Assembly: GCF_006345805.1 (NCBI RefSeq)
Contig: NC_043005.1
Location: forward strand, 107,322,001-107,386,000
Direction of reading: 5' to 3'
Length of the DNA stretch: 64,000 nucleotides
Source of the DNA: Octopus sinensis
Taxonomy: Eukaryota
How positions within the stretch are numbered: position 1 is the stretch's first letter; every line of letters starts with the position of its first letter. The position numbers and the translations under genes were made by a program. Under the pieces are notes generated by a model. The model was given only the letters and a program-made list of their open reading frames with translations. It made no database searches and was not told where the DNA came from. Shown here piece by piece: positions 38,440-52,395 of the stretch.

Positions 38440-39559
38440 AATATACATCTTGCGGGTACAGTCGTTACACAAAATGTTTAGTGGTATTTCTTACAGCGGT
38501 ATTTTCAAATCCTGCCGATCTGAACTTTGCCTTTCATCCCATCCTGGCGGACGAACTCAAGTACTGTTCAAGTACTGGTTTCCGTGAAGTCGGCTTGCAG
38601 CCTTTTTTCAAAACATTGCTTGGCTGAAATCCTGCAACAAACCGTCGTGCCGTTTTTATTGAATGGAGTCCTTTATAGGTCTTAGAAACCGACAACGGGC
38701 CTATGAGAAGTGGGGCTCGAGAAACAATGTATAGATACAATTATGTGTTAACTTGGTAGCAAGAATGATTTTTAAAGAACTTCTAAATATGTTATATTTT
38801 CCGATTTTTACAGTGTAAAGAAATTTGAATTCACAGTTTTACTCAGCTTTCAGCTGATCAATCTCTGCTGAATTACAGGATGCGATAATATGCGTCTGTG
38901 AATGGTGTAGCGCACCCCTAACATATCCAACATCGCACATATGTACACTCGCATATTTACATGTAAATATTACACATAAATGCTTATATATGTATGAGTT
39001 TGTTAGTGTATTTGTTCGTGTGGGTGTATGCGTGCGTATTTGTATTTAGAAGGGTGTAAATACATGTATGTGTGTGTGTATATATAAAGCATATAATCTG
39101 CCATCTTGGGGCTACAAGGTCCGTAGGTAAAAGAATGAGCGAGTAATATGGTCTAGGGAATACTAATATTTATTTATGGGTAGTTTCAATTTAGGTGGGG
39201 TAAGATGTAATAAAATTTAAGGAAAGATGTTATGAAAAGTTACCACAGGAAGCTTAAAGACTTGGTTCTTGAACTAAAATCCAACTATGGAATAATAGTA
39301 CACTCGGACAAAACAGGAAACACCTATAACATGAACACTGTCACTTACCATGAACTTATCCACAGTGAAAGCCTTTAAAAATATATAGTAGTCCCTAGGA
39401 ATACCCTTTAAAGAATCAACTTAGAGGCCAAAAAGATTATGTTAGAGTATAATATTGATGACCGACTGAAATTTTCGAAATTTCAGTACTTGTACTTATA
39501 GTAGAATGGATTATTAGCGGCGAGAATAACCTTTGATCATCTATTCGAAGCGAAAAACG

Positions 39560-40112
39560 AAGGTTGCATTCTTAGAGCTAAGGCCCGTGCGCTCAAAAAG
39601 GAACTAAATTTGGCCGATGGACTCGAACGGAGCAAACGTGACATGAAAACAACACCACGTTCGGCTCTTTGAGGGAACGGGATGTGTGCATGCTCCGCCA
39701 CTCCGAGCAGATGTGTGCGGTTTTCCAGTAGCACTTCACGAGGCCGTTTGGAGAGGGCGATGGGTCGACAACGGTACTGGACTTTTTAGTTCGTACTTGG
39801 ACGGCTTGCCGCAGCTCTCGTCATCTGAAATTTGGGAGGCGATGAGCGATTGCACCACAAGTCGCAGATCGCACGTTTGGATGGTCTGCCCTACGAATTC
39901 TATGTATTCGTGCTAGATTTGTTTGGCATCCTCTTGGCAGACATCTACTGAACGGGAGAATTCCTAGTGCTGTTAGCAGAGGTGTGTTGACCTGATGAGG
40001 AAATGCATCGACATTGGCGACATACCAGAGAATTTTCGGCCCGTATCTCTGCTAAACAAAGAGTTTAAGATTTTGGCCAAGGTGTTGGCGAAAAGGTTGG
40101 TGCTTGACGTCG
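39560..40112 (+). pseudogene. Degenerate L1/Tx1-clade LINE RT fragment
   Basis: Piecewise translation GLDGLPYEFY...LMRK...ENFRPVSLLNKEFKILAKVLAKRL, the typical L1/Tx1 RT N-terminal motif. Confidence 0.8.
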
Positions 40113-41782
40113 TTGCTCCAGTTAACTCAGATGTTGAAATGAGTCGCGACATCACTGGTGCCAAGCTTAGGGTTTAAGAAAATGGACCAGAGACAAACAT
40201 TATCAGTAACGGCAAGATCACCACCATCGTCGCTAACAATACTAACATAAATAACAGCATTACAAACAACGAGTGATATTTATCCCTACTTGAACATTAA
40301 TATTTTGTTAGAACAAACTGTTTGCTGCAGATACCATGAACGAAACTCTTATGTTGTCTTCCGGTGCAAAATGCACTCTTGTTTGTATCGGTAGCAGGGA
40401 GATAAATCCCCGCCAGATTCACACTTAAATGGAGATAGATATAACATCTCGGTATCAGTACTGCTTCTATCACTAATATTAATTTCTTTAACGAACTCAC
40501 TGTCTAATCGCAAAACAAGCGCCAGTTCTGACACTGATTTCCTATATATCGCTTGCAATGAGGTGAGTCGCTGCTGTTTCTAGCTGTCGTACATTCATCA
40601 GAGATAAAACCAAGGAAGGTCGAAATCATGTGATCTGGTGGACTCAGCGTTTGAGCGATATAAACGAATCCATTTTGCACCAAAAGCTAATATGTGAGTT
40701 TCTGTCTTGTTCTAACTGAACATTCACGTTGAAGTGGGGTTAAATATTACCTCTGGGTATTATTGATATTGCCTTCTTTGCTAATATATATTACAAACAA
40801 CACTATCAATAACACCAGCGATACAGCTCCTAGGGACACCAAAAACAATCAGCAACAATATCAGTACCATCATTTCCTAGACCACCACCAACAACAACAA
40901 CACTATGACCACCACTGGCCCATGACCACCTTTAACATCAACCACCAACACCAGCACTGAAACATGTTACCATCACCCTTGTTTTCACTGTCAGCGATAG
41001 TGCCACTACTTCTACTAAGAGGAATATAATCTCTGTAACCTTCACTATTAAAATCATCACCACTGTCTACACAGATGCTACCACCGCTCACCACCGCCAG
41101 CAACAGTAGCTGTCAAACCCCACGTCATCACCACCGCCACCACCAGCAACAAAGAACTAATACCATCACAACCATCCCCGATCTTCTTATCATCAACATA
41201 ACCACTACTAGCACCAATACAGCACACTATCATTTCACCATCCCCAACCACCACAAATACAATCAATAACAGCACCAATACCACCTTACAGATACACTTC
41301 ACAACCGTCACCATAACCACCAAGTCCACTACCACACGCATCACTATCACCACTGCTATCAACACAGCAGTTAACACCTACCACCACCACCATCACCACC
41401 ACCACCACTTTCATAAATACCATCCTCGTCTTCACATCAATTTGTCAAAGATGTGGTTGGCAAGTGTTAACAGCCATTATCTCTGTGCAATCCGACAGAG
41501 ATTCCATCTTAGACACGTTGTATCCACAAACCCTGACCTCACCCTCATCTCTACACCTACTGATGCATCTCAGTTCCTCCTTTCCCCAATCACAATGATC
41601 ACTAAAACAATCTCTAATTAGTGCAACTTGATGGAAATCATCTGAACAACTAATTAAAAAAATACATTCAGAAATTAGAGAAAGATATAAAAAAACAACC
41701 AAATAAGCATAAAGTTCTACCAGGACGCATGACGTTAGAAACAGCAGTTTTGTTATTGACGTGGTGGTCGTAGTTGGCATTG

Positions 41783-42200
41783 TAAAGGCGGTGAGCTGGA
41801 TGAATCGTTAGCACGCCGGGCGAAATGCTTAGCCGCATTTCGTCTGCCGCTACGTTCTGAGTTCAAATTCCACCGAGGTCGACTTTGCCTTTCATCCATT
41901 CGCGGTCGATTAAATAAGTACCAGTTACGAACTGGGGTCGATATAATCGACTTTATCCCTTTGTCTGTCCTTGTTTGTCGTCCCTGTGTTTATCCCCCTG
42001 TGGGTAGTAAAGAAATAGGTATTTCTTCTGCCGTTATGTTCTGAGTTCAAATTCCGCCGAGGTCGACTTTGCCTTTCATCCTTTCGGAGTCGATTAAATA
42101 AGTACCAGTTACGCACTGGGTCAATACAATCGACTTAATCCGTGTTTCTCTCCTTGTTTGTCCTCCCTTTGTTTAGCCCCTTGTGGGTAATAAAGAAATG
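41783..42200 (+). mobile_element. SINE dimer: one head, two bodies with the AAAGAAATAGG tail
   Basis: 184-bp periodic repeat; the junction AAAGAAATAGG|TATTTCTTCTGCCG (42019/42020) rejoins at the position homologous to CATTTCGTCTGCCG (41836). Confidence 0.85.
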
Positions 42201-43487
42201 GGGAGTTGACCTCGTAGTTGTAACAAGAATGTAGATGGAGATGATGGCTTTGTTTGTATTTTTAGTGGCTTTGTTTGCGGTGTCATTGGTGCTGGCTTAA
42301 TCGTAAAGATACTGTTGGTACTTAGAATGCTCGATGAGTAAGCACTATTGGTTTCCTTGCAGTGGTAACGGCTGTGAAGGCGAGGAGTCTCAGACTGTAT
42401 CGCTGGTGGTTGTAGCGGTCATGGACATGATAATGGCAGTGGTGATGTAGTGGTTGTTTTTGTTGTATTGATTGTATTTGTAGTGTCTATACTAAAGTCG
42501 ATTCAGTGGTAGTAGTGTGGTGATTGCAGTCTTGGTTGTGGGTGGAATGGGCAATATTGCAATGGTATTACTTGCAGTGGTAATTAGTGTCTGTCATGTT
42601 GATGTGGTGACAATACTGGAATAATTGTAGTGGTGATAGTAGAGATGGTGTTCGTGATAGCTGTATGGACATGTGGTAGTGATACAATTGGTGTTAGAGG
42701 GAAAAGGTTAATTGGTGATGACGACGATGATGATGATGATGACGACGATGATGATCATGATGACGACGATAACGATCATGATGATGATGTTGATGAGGAC
42801 AAGGATGATAAGGATGGGAAGGAAGATATTCATCATCAGCATCATCATCATGCCATCTTCATCATCAACCTCATCCTACTACACTACACACCACCACCAC
42901 CACTACTACCACCACCACCACCACCACTACCACCACCACCATCATCATCATCATCATGTCATATCATCATCATCATCATCATCATCATTATCATTCCTAC
43001 TGCCATTTTAAACGCCAGTATCATGGTACTTAATATTTTTGTTGCTGCATTTGTTGTTGTGGCGGTGGTGATGGTGTTGGTGCAGTTGTTTATGTTGTTA
43101 TTGTAGCTATTGTTTCTATTGTTTTATATATGTTATTATTGACGATGATGATGATTTGAATAAATACTTCGATAATACTTAAAGTATTTTCCAATGTATC
43201 AATGCGAACCAGAGGAATAAGTAGGAAATAGTTTGGGGTTCCCTCAGCAAGTACGAAACCTCGGGAAGAGGGAAACTTATTATTATATTGGTGTAAATGA
43301 GAGATAAAGTGTTATGTATCTAACCGAATCCCTCGTCAGAGAAAATATAATTTTTAGTAAGTGGTAAGATTACAAGAAGTGATAGATAATTAAAATGGAA
43401 GAGTAATTACGAAAACGTTAGTATAACAATGGAGAATAATATAAAGAGAATGCGGTATAACGAAGAAGTTCGGTGAGCAAATGTTAG

Positions 43488-43542
43488 AGTGGGACACTTG
43501 TCAAAGTGGGACACTTGTCAAAGTGGGACACTTGTCAAAGTG
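43488..43542. repeat. 17-bp minisatellite, about 3.2 copies
   Basis: AGTGGGACACTTGTCAA perfect three times, then AGTG. Confidence 0.9.
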
Positions 43543-44928
43543 AGAAAACATCAGTGACTGGAAAAGATTTTTAAAAGATGTAGATTGAAGAGGTAGGAGG
43601 GGGAGCACGTATACACATATATATTCGCGCAACACGCGCACGTACACACTCTCACTCATATGATTTCATAGTGGGTTTTTTTAACTTTGTTTCTTTGTAA
43701 TTCTTTCAGTCACTAGACTGCAGCCATACACGCAGAGCCTTGAAAAATTTAGTTGAAAATAGACCCCAAAACAGATCTTGTTTTTAAATCTCACATACAC
43801 ACACACACACATATACACACACACAACGAAACTCCCGTGAACTAGTACTCCTTCATAGATTCCTCCTACTGTTTTAGTAGGTGCACAGGTAGTCGCGAAT
43901 AGAGATAAACAATCCCTTAAATCCATTGCTCATTGGGAAAAAGAAGAGAGCGAAAGAAGGAGAGGCAGAGAAGGAGAGTGTGAAAAAGAAAGAGAGAGAG
44001 AGAGAGAGAGCTGCAAGAGCTCTCTACTGCTACTCATTTTCAGATGAGAACCCTGGAGGAGAGTGAAATGAAGAGTATTATTGTGGAACTCAACGCACAT
44101 CCCATTCCAAGGATTGAAGACACCACGAAAGAACGTGAGCCGTGTCTTTATTATTAATTATGTTATTTAATGAGGCTGCTGCCCTTGATAGATATAGAGG
44201 TCACTGGCAAAATCAGGCTGGCCTCTGCTGAATGCATATCTCTTATGCTGTAAACTACCCTTTATGGAAATGAAGTGGATGTCGAAACGTAAATGCACTA
44301 CACTTTTAAATTTCAATATATTTACAGAGCAATCACCTGATATACTATTTAAATGTCTTCTTACTGGACATCCAAAACATTATATACTTCGATACATTAG
44401 TTTCAGTGTCAATCGTAAATAATAGACTTCTGTGATTTAAACTACGATTTGATTGAGTCCTCCCAAGGTTTAAAAAAAACCACGCACTGATTCAGTATCC
44501 ACTGATAAGCTTCATTTATCACTATTACAAGGGGAACTTTCAATGTGTTTATAATAAAATATCACACCTTTTGCATTTAACGCAGAACTTCCACTGTCAA
44601 ACATAATGAAATGTCTCCTACTTGCATATCAATTTCTCTAATAGCTAAATAACTCACTCTTAATATTCTCCTCTCTGAAAAAAACCCGCGCTTTTAAATG
44701 ACAAACCACTAAATGTTCCACCCATAATCCCTAATAAAACAGAGAACAATACTCACCTGCTGATCTCCTTGTGAAATAATAATTACACAACACATTAAGT
44801 GCTTACTGATCAACATCAATTCACGATCCAAAACAAATTCTTATAGAAGTCATGCGTGTTTTATTGAGATACTTAACAAAATAATATATATATTACAAAA
44901 TTTCATATATACATACATACATACACAC

Positions 44929-45006
<78 letters not shown>

Positions 45007-45476
45007 TATACAAAATTTCATATATACATACATACATATATATATATATACATGTTTTATATTCTTTGCCATTTGTTTATTTGTTTACTTGAGTATTTAT
45101 GTCGTCTCAATCCTATAATTGCACTTCATACATTAATTCTTTTGATTTACATTTGTTCACCTGACCTTAAGTTGTCTTTCAGAACGACGTCTCATGGTGC
45201 TAATAGGTTTACGATTTATATTCCTACCACACCTAAACCAGAAAGGAAAACGATGATCATGAGCAAAAAGGAAAACAAAAATAATACTAAAAATAACAAA
45301 AAAAGTTTTAAAACATAGTAAAAAGAAATTTCCAGAAACATAAATATAAATGATGAAAAAGTACGAAAAACTAAAAAAAAATGTACAACACTTTTTATAT
45401 TTCTTATTCTTTAAATGTTTTTATATCATTGTTATTTTTATTACATTTGTTGTTATTATTTTTAATAATGTTGTTG

Positions 45477-45515
<39 letters not shown>

Positions 45516-47128
45516 TATTATTATTATTATTATTAGTGTGTTCTTGTAGTTTTTGTTGTTACTTACGTTGTTGTAATTTTATGGAGACTTTTAAATTTTT
45601 TTTCTTCGCCAATGTTTCAAAAATCTCATTGAATTCTTGTCTTAGAATGTTTTCACAGCCTTTCCCCTTTCTTCTCCTCCTCCCTTGTTCCCATCTTTAT
45701 GCTACCCACATCGTAGCTTCAACAACACCTACTTCTCCACCACTTTCGCCACTTCTACAATCACAACCACCGGCACAACTACCAAAACCACCACCACCAC
45801 CAATATCAGGGCCACCACCACCATCACCACCACCACCACCACCATTACCATCACCACCCAGTTCCTTCACCTTTAGCTCAAATTCTCCTCTCGGCTGAGC
45901 AAAATTCTGTATAAAGAAGGAGGAAGCAGGAGATAAAAAAATTCCTGTATCGTCGTGTCTTTAAAAAAATATATAATAAAAATATGAATGAAGAATTAAA
46001 ACTAAATAAAACAAAAAAACAATCAGCATAAACAACAACAGTGGCAAGAAGAAGAAAGAAGAAGAAGAAGAAGAAGAAGAAGAAGAAGAAGAAGAAGAAG
46101 AAGAAGAAGAAGAAGAAGAAGAAGAAGAAGAAGAAGAAGAAGAAGAAGAAGGCGGAGAAGAGGAGGAAGTATGAAAACAAGGAGAAGAGCAGTGTTTGTT
46201 CTGTTCGTTAGAGAGATCTAATAGGATTTTATCAGTGACAGGAACTGCGTAATAATGCTAAATTCACTTAAAACTGTCTGTCAGCCACAAACGACCATAA
46301 TTAGCTTGTCAGATGTGAACTGTGAGTTTGGAGGTTGGTTGGGGCTTTTAAAGTTACAACAAACTACAACAAAATGGAAAAAGAATATAAAGAAAAGGAT
46401 GTAAAATATAAATATATATAGAAATATTAGGAAAACAATAAAAAAAATTTAGACGAAAATGTGAAAATCTAAAACAATCAAATATAGAGTAAAATAAAAC
46501 ATTGGGGAATTTGAAATATAAAAATATAAAAAAAAGTAGAATAAAATAGCGTAACATAAAAGGAAAAAAAGCAAAAGAGAAACGCAAATAAAACTGGTGG
46601 AAAGTGAAATGAAACGAAATGAATAATTTTAAAAAGATGGCATAAAAAGAAAAAAAGAAAATTTTAAAAGAATAACAAAATAACAATGAAACCAAACGAA
46701 AGGAAAACATAAACCACAGATAAAAAAGAGAAAAAAATTAGTAAAAATTTCAAAACCTGTAAAATATGGAGATAAAAAAATTAAATAGGGTGAATAAAAT
46801 ATTAATGAAACATAAATATTAAAGAAAAAAAATATAAATATTCAAATAATCGATAAAAAATAGATGTAAATAGAATAAAAAAAATTATAAACGTGAAAAA
46901 TAAATAAATGGAGAATAAAATAAAAAAATAAAAATTGAGCAAAATTCCCGAAAAATATGAATGACGAAATCAATAAAAAATACATTTTGTAAAAAGGTAA
47001 ATAGAATTATAAAGAAATACAGAATTTCACACAGGCTTACATGTACATATACAAGAATTGAATGGAAATGTAAACAAAACCCAAAAATATAAAAAAATAC
47101 TGGGAAGGTTGAGAGGGAGATAAGTAGA

Positions 47129-47253
<125 letters not shown>

Positions 47254-47276
47254 TATATAATATATATATATGTATG

Positions 47277-47309
<33 letters not shown>

Positions 47310-49093
47310 ATATATATGTATGTATAAGTGTTTGCGTGTATAAATTTGAACTATATATATATATATATATGCATGTATGCATGTATGTATGTATGCATGT
47401 ATATATGTATGTATGTATGTATGTATATGTATTCTGTGGGTGTGCAGACTGATCTGTAAATAATTAAAGGTTCATAAATAAATACCTAATTTATATGTTT
47501 GTGTAGCTAGATGCATGTAAATATGTGTAAACATATATATTTATGCACATACCTATACACATGTATATGTGAGTGTGTATGAGAGCGTGTGTACGTACAC
47601 GCAGATGTATGTATAGGTTTAGCGCTATGTATATATGGATGTGCATATGTATGTTTCTTTATATCTGTGTGTGGAATTATGTACGTTTGTGAGGCTGTAT
47701 AAAAGTGTTAAATTAATATGTTGACATTACTCTTACAGAAAAAAAAGAGATGATCTTGAATAGGTGACGGGGTTGGTCTTGGTTTGTGGTTGTGATAGTG
47801 GATGCAAGAATGGAGACGATGGAGACGATGGTGATGTTGTTTATGGTGTTGGGGTTGTTCGTTGTGGTGAATGAGGTGTTACTTGCGGTAGCACTGGAAA
47901 TGGGTTGCCGGGTGGTAATAATGATCGTAATACTGGTGATGTGGAAGGTATGCAAATGATTGTGGTGCCGAATGTGACGGAGGTGGTTGTGGTGACTGAT
48001 GAGGGTCGTAGTGGTTGTAGTGATGACTCTCTTACTGGAGGCGTTAGAAAGAGTATTAGTGATTCCATTGTACTCGATGGTTCGGTTGTTTTTTCTTTAA
48101 GCTTCAAAACCTAGCAAAACTGTTATCAAAGACTTTACAAGCGTGACAGTCTCACCTTGTTTTCATGCCTGTATCTACATTGTCCAATGCATCGTTCCTT
48201 GGTTGTTTTTTCTTTCAAGGAAACAGCGCATCACTTGAGTGTGATTTAACTGCTACTTCTACGAAACTGTATAACGTATGGACTGGTACTGGTGGAGTTG
48301 AAAGTACGCTTGGTGTTATAGTGTTGATAAAAATACCAGATTTAAAACTGGGAATTTCATGTCGCTTCTGGGATTCTGCAATGAATGCCATATATTTTAA
48401 AGCGCAAATGGCGTTGTTATTATTCTTACTGGTACTGCGTTGTTGTGATTGTAGTTAATGATGATGCTGGGGATGATTGAGGCTGTGATGATTGGCACTG
48501 ATGTTGGTGCTAGCCAGGAAAGGAAAATGTGATACGTAAGGAAGTGGGTTCAGTTTAAGCGTAAATCGAAAGGTCAACCGAAAATGAAATATCAGTAGAC
48601 ATCATCACCATCAATAACAGCCACAGTATTTATTGTAACTAAATTGGGTCAAACACTTCTAAACGCCGAAGGAATATTTGTTTGATGCCTATTTGATTTA
48701 AGAGACATCTCATTTATTTTTTAGTATATTTATTTAAAGATTCCTTCTTCTTACTTCATATCCCTCTTTACTATTCCTCTCTCCGTAAACGTTCTTCACT
48801 TTACTCTCCAATATGCCCATTGCCTCATATCTTTCGGTGTTTTGACATTTTAGATCTCCTTAATACCTTTGCCTCCTCAGTGTCACAAATTTTCTCCATT
48901 TTACTCTACTTACCGTTCCTATCTATCTTTAGTAACTCTTCAACAACAACGACATACATTTTAAACGGGTCTATAATTCTTCCTTCACACTCTCGCCAAA
49001 AGTAATCTCCCATTTTCATTTTTATTCCTTCCTCATTTCTCAATTTTGTCAACTTTTCTTATTTACCTTCTCTTTATCTCAACTATGCTTTGT

Positions 49094-49145
<52 letters not shown>

Positions 49146-50394
49146 GTTCATATAGTTCATTACCTTATAACTTACTCTCTTTTATATCTCTGTACTTCAT
49201 TCCGTAGCAATTCATTCAAGCTTTTTTCCATTTGGTTTCCACTTTTTATTTGATTTAATATGTTAAGAGTCTTTCTCTCTTTCCCGTTAATATTTTCTTT
49301 TTCAGTTATCATCTTTTATCTCAGTCTTTCAATTGCTTTCTCATAATTTTTTCATCTGTTTTTAAAAATCAAAGTTTCTGCCTTTCACACCTTTATATAC
49401 ATCACTTCCATTTTCTTTCCATTCTCTTCTCTCTGGCTTACTTCTATCCTCTTATTTTCCTTCCTAAAATCTCTTTCCTCTCTCTCCCTCCACTCTCCCC
49501 CATCTCCCCCCTCTCTCTCCTCTCTCAATTTCTTTGCTCTGGTTACTTGTAGTTCATTGACTCAATTATTTATTAATTCTTCTTCATTAACACATTTCTG
49601 TTCTTGATCTTTACTGCTTTTCTACAACTTTGTGTTGTCTTAAATTTGCCTCACCCTGTCCTGTTTGAAACTAAAACAGTTCTCTTTGTTCCTCTTTGAG
49701 CCAAATTTTACGTTTCTGCGCACATATCATTCATTTCCTCTCTCCACGTGCCTTAGTACTCTCAATCTTCATCGTCTTTCTTTATTCAGATCCCTCTCTA
49801 TTATCTCTCTTCTTTTCTCATTGCTTTCATTTTTCTCTTTGCTCTCATTTTCTCATTGATCGCTCTTCCCTTCTATCTTTGCAAGATCATTTAGTATTCT
49901 TATTTACATTTTAAATTATTTATTTATCTAGAGTGCTTCATTTAATTGTTTGTATTCGGCAACATTTATTGTAGCTTGTATTAGGTGTGTGTCAAAAATG
50001 TGACGAGAGTTGTCAGACAACGTGAATGGGGTGCTAAGTTACTGCCACTGTCTCCAAGGAATGGATGGCTGTGAGGGAAGCTAGGAAAGTATTCATATGG
50101 AGATGTGCATCCGTATGCATGTGTGAATAACTGCATGTGCATGTGTGTGCACATATATATGTATGTATATATGTATATATATATGTTTATACAAATATAT
50201 GTATATATATATACACATATATATATATATATGTATCTATATATATGCATGTATGTATTTATGTATGTATGTATTCATGACACTAAGCCCAACCACACAA
50301 ATAGATTAACAGTCACAACCACACACACAGACACATGTGCTATCATTACACACACACACACCTGCGCGCACGCACATATCCCCACATACACACA

Positions 50395-50665
50395 ATACCT
50401 CCTCTTGAAAGAACTTTTTCTTCGCACATTCCCTTCCGGTCATTCAATATGTGACCGCGTGTGTATCGTTGCCGATCTCTTCTTTCCTCCGTCTTCCCTT
50501 CTTTGGATCTTTTCTTTTTCCTATGTTTCTGACGAAGAGCTCCGCTCGAAACATTAAATCCTCCTTCTTTCTCTCCTTTCCTGTGCGTCCAATAACACTG
50601 TACTTGTTACACGTCCGCGCGTTGTTGTGTTTTTTCTTCGTGTTTTCCTGTTTGGATTAACTATA
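50395..50665 (+). mobile_element. HHR-bearing PLE-type terminal repeat (pLTR-like) in a microsatellite
   Basis: Contains a hammerhead at 50525-50559; the 3' part is shared with 17986-18070. Confidence 0.65.
50525..50559 (+). ncRNA. Minimal type I hammerhead, probably decayed in stem III
   Basis: GTTT-CTGACGA-A-GAGC-TCC-GCTC-GAAAC-ATT-AAAT. AACATT is one transition away from the palindrome AACGTT. Confidence 0.65.
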
Positions 50666-50666
50666 T

Positions 50667-50753
<87 letters not shown>

Positions 50754-51349
50754 TGTGTGTGTGTAAATGTAAAAAAATACAAACTGGCACAATAACGTGA
50801 AACATTTAGAAGACGATACAAAAAACACGGACGGGACATTCGAAGCCTTCAATCTTCAGATATATATATACACATATATATATATATATATACACCCCGT
50901 GAACCAGCTACTACGATAAACTTGCCAAACTACAATGTCTATATGTTCAGCGAGACAATATGTCGTAAATATTACACTTTTCGTTTTTACTGTTAGGATT
51001 TTATCCAAGTTATCACTTTTACCAAATGCATATATCTATATGCAAAATATATACTTTGGCATATATAAATAATTATTTGAAACTGCATAGACACGAAGCC
51101 AATTAAAAAACACTTCAATTCAATCTCTTTTATCATCATTCTCTCTTACTCACTTTGTATGTGGGCGTGCATGTGTGTACGTATTAATATATGTATATTA
51201 GTGTGTATATGTGCGTTTGTGCGTGCTTGTGTGTGTATGTATACAAGTCGTCGTCGACTTACGATTGATGGACTTTACGACAGTTGTCGAGCCAGCTTCC
51301 GGCAACAGTAATAAATCGTCCTGTTGAAATATAATGGGTATCATTTCTT

Positions 51350-52370
51350 AGAAACATAACACCACACCCCAACTCAAAACATTACTATCTATATCAACAC
51401 ACAACCCCAGAAACAGTGAGGCATTCAACTCTATTCTGCAAACTCTTCCTTTACTAACTAGAGATCCAAAACTGAATGACATCCTGAAAACACACATACT
51501 CATCAAATGCAAAAAACAAGACAAATGGCAAAAGAGACTACTAACGAATGCGAAGCTTTACAAAACAACCACGAAACCAACGGTTGAAAAATGTGGACGC
51601 ACAAACTGTGGAACCTGCCCTCACCTGCTTGAAGGCTCGGATTTCCTTTTCAAACAAGGACAAAGGTTCATAATTACAACTAGTTTCACTTGTGCCTCTG
51701 AGAATCTAATTTATGAAATAACCTGCTCGGGTTGCGGACACTACTATATTGGACAAACGAGTATGACCTTGAGAAAGAGAACCACTCTACATAAAGAGCA
51801 AAACCGTTTCCAGCAATACAGGCAAATTCCTCTCAGTGAACTTATAGAAAAATGTGCAGAAAATATCAAACTGAATTTCACAGTCTTCCCCTTCTACCAG
51901 TGCAAAGACATAATCTCTCCGCTAGAACATTTAAATAAAGAAACGTTTTTCATTGAAAAGTACAGAACACGTCTTAATATGCACGCATAACCAACATTTA
52001 TATTTTTACATATTTCAATTCACGATTACATCACTGTACATAAATCCCCTCACTAAACAAGGTTTTCGAAACTTGTCTTTGTACATATACATTCCCCTCT
52101 CATTACCGAAAGCTGAACAGTTATCTCCCTTACCCACAACAATAACAATAATAACGATAACCAATTACCTCCCTTTTATTTATCTACCTGTGGAGTCATT
52201 CACTCGTGAATTTCATTACACACAACATGTGCAAAATTTATTAAGAAAAACTACAAACTTAAATGAGTAAAACATAATATCATGAATAGCGATAGCGAAA
52301 CTGGTCGATATATTAAAAATTATATTAAAACTATGTAAGTGTACGTATTTTCCTTTTTTAATTTCTTATA
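51350..52370 (+). mobile_element. Penelope-like element 3' fragment related to the 15.5-17.9 kb copy
   Basis: Stop-free frame 51352-51990 (213 codons including the stop): KCGRTNCGTCPHLLEGSDFLFKQGQRF...SENLIYEITCSGCGHYYIGQTSMTLRKR...FPFYQC...LNKETFFIEKY; 3' UTR segments similar to the other copy. Confidence 0.92.
52277..52311 (+). ncRNA. Minimal type I hammerhead, A3-U8 core variant
   Basis: ATATC-ATGAATA-GC-GATA-GC-GAAAC-TG-GTC-GATAT. 5-bp stem I, GUC triplet; same position in the element as the 15541-15578 motif. Confidence 0.7.
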
Positions 52371-52395
52371 TATATATATATATGTATATATATGC

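Noticed and set aside
41445-41780. 111-aa ORF as a LINE endonuclease relic
   Set aside because: No convincing APE motifs on inspection.
43488-43542. CRISPR-like repeat
   Set aside because: Head-to-tail 17-mers with no spacers, in eukaryotic DNA with no cas genes.
44262-44300. ATGAAGTGGATGTCGAAACGTA as a decayed hammerhead
   Set aside because: Core and stems are too weak to distinguish from chance.
44750-44775. 11-nt minus-strand micro-exon GAGATCAGCAG|GTGAGT
   Set aside because: Weak pyrimidine tract and expected by chance; no supporting context.
48140-48380. Minus-strand exon between a CAG acceptor and AG|GTGAGA
   Set aside because: All three frames contain stops.
50828-50858. Hammerhead-like CTGAAGA-TT-GAAG-G-CTTC-GAAT-GTC on the minus strand
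   Set aside because: GAAT instead of GAAA, no stem III and no stem I in this copy.
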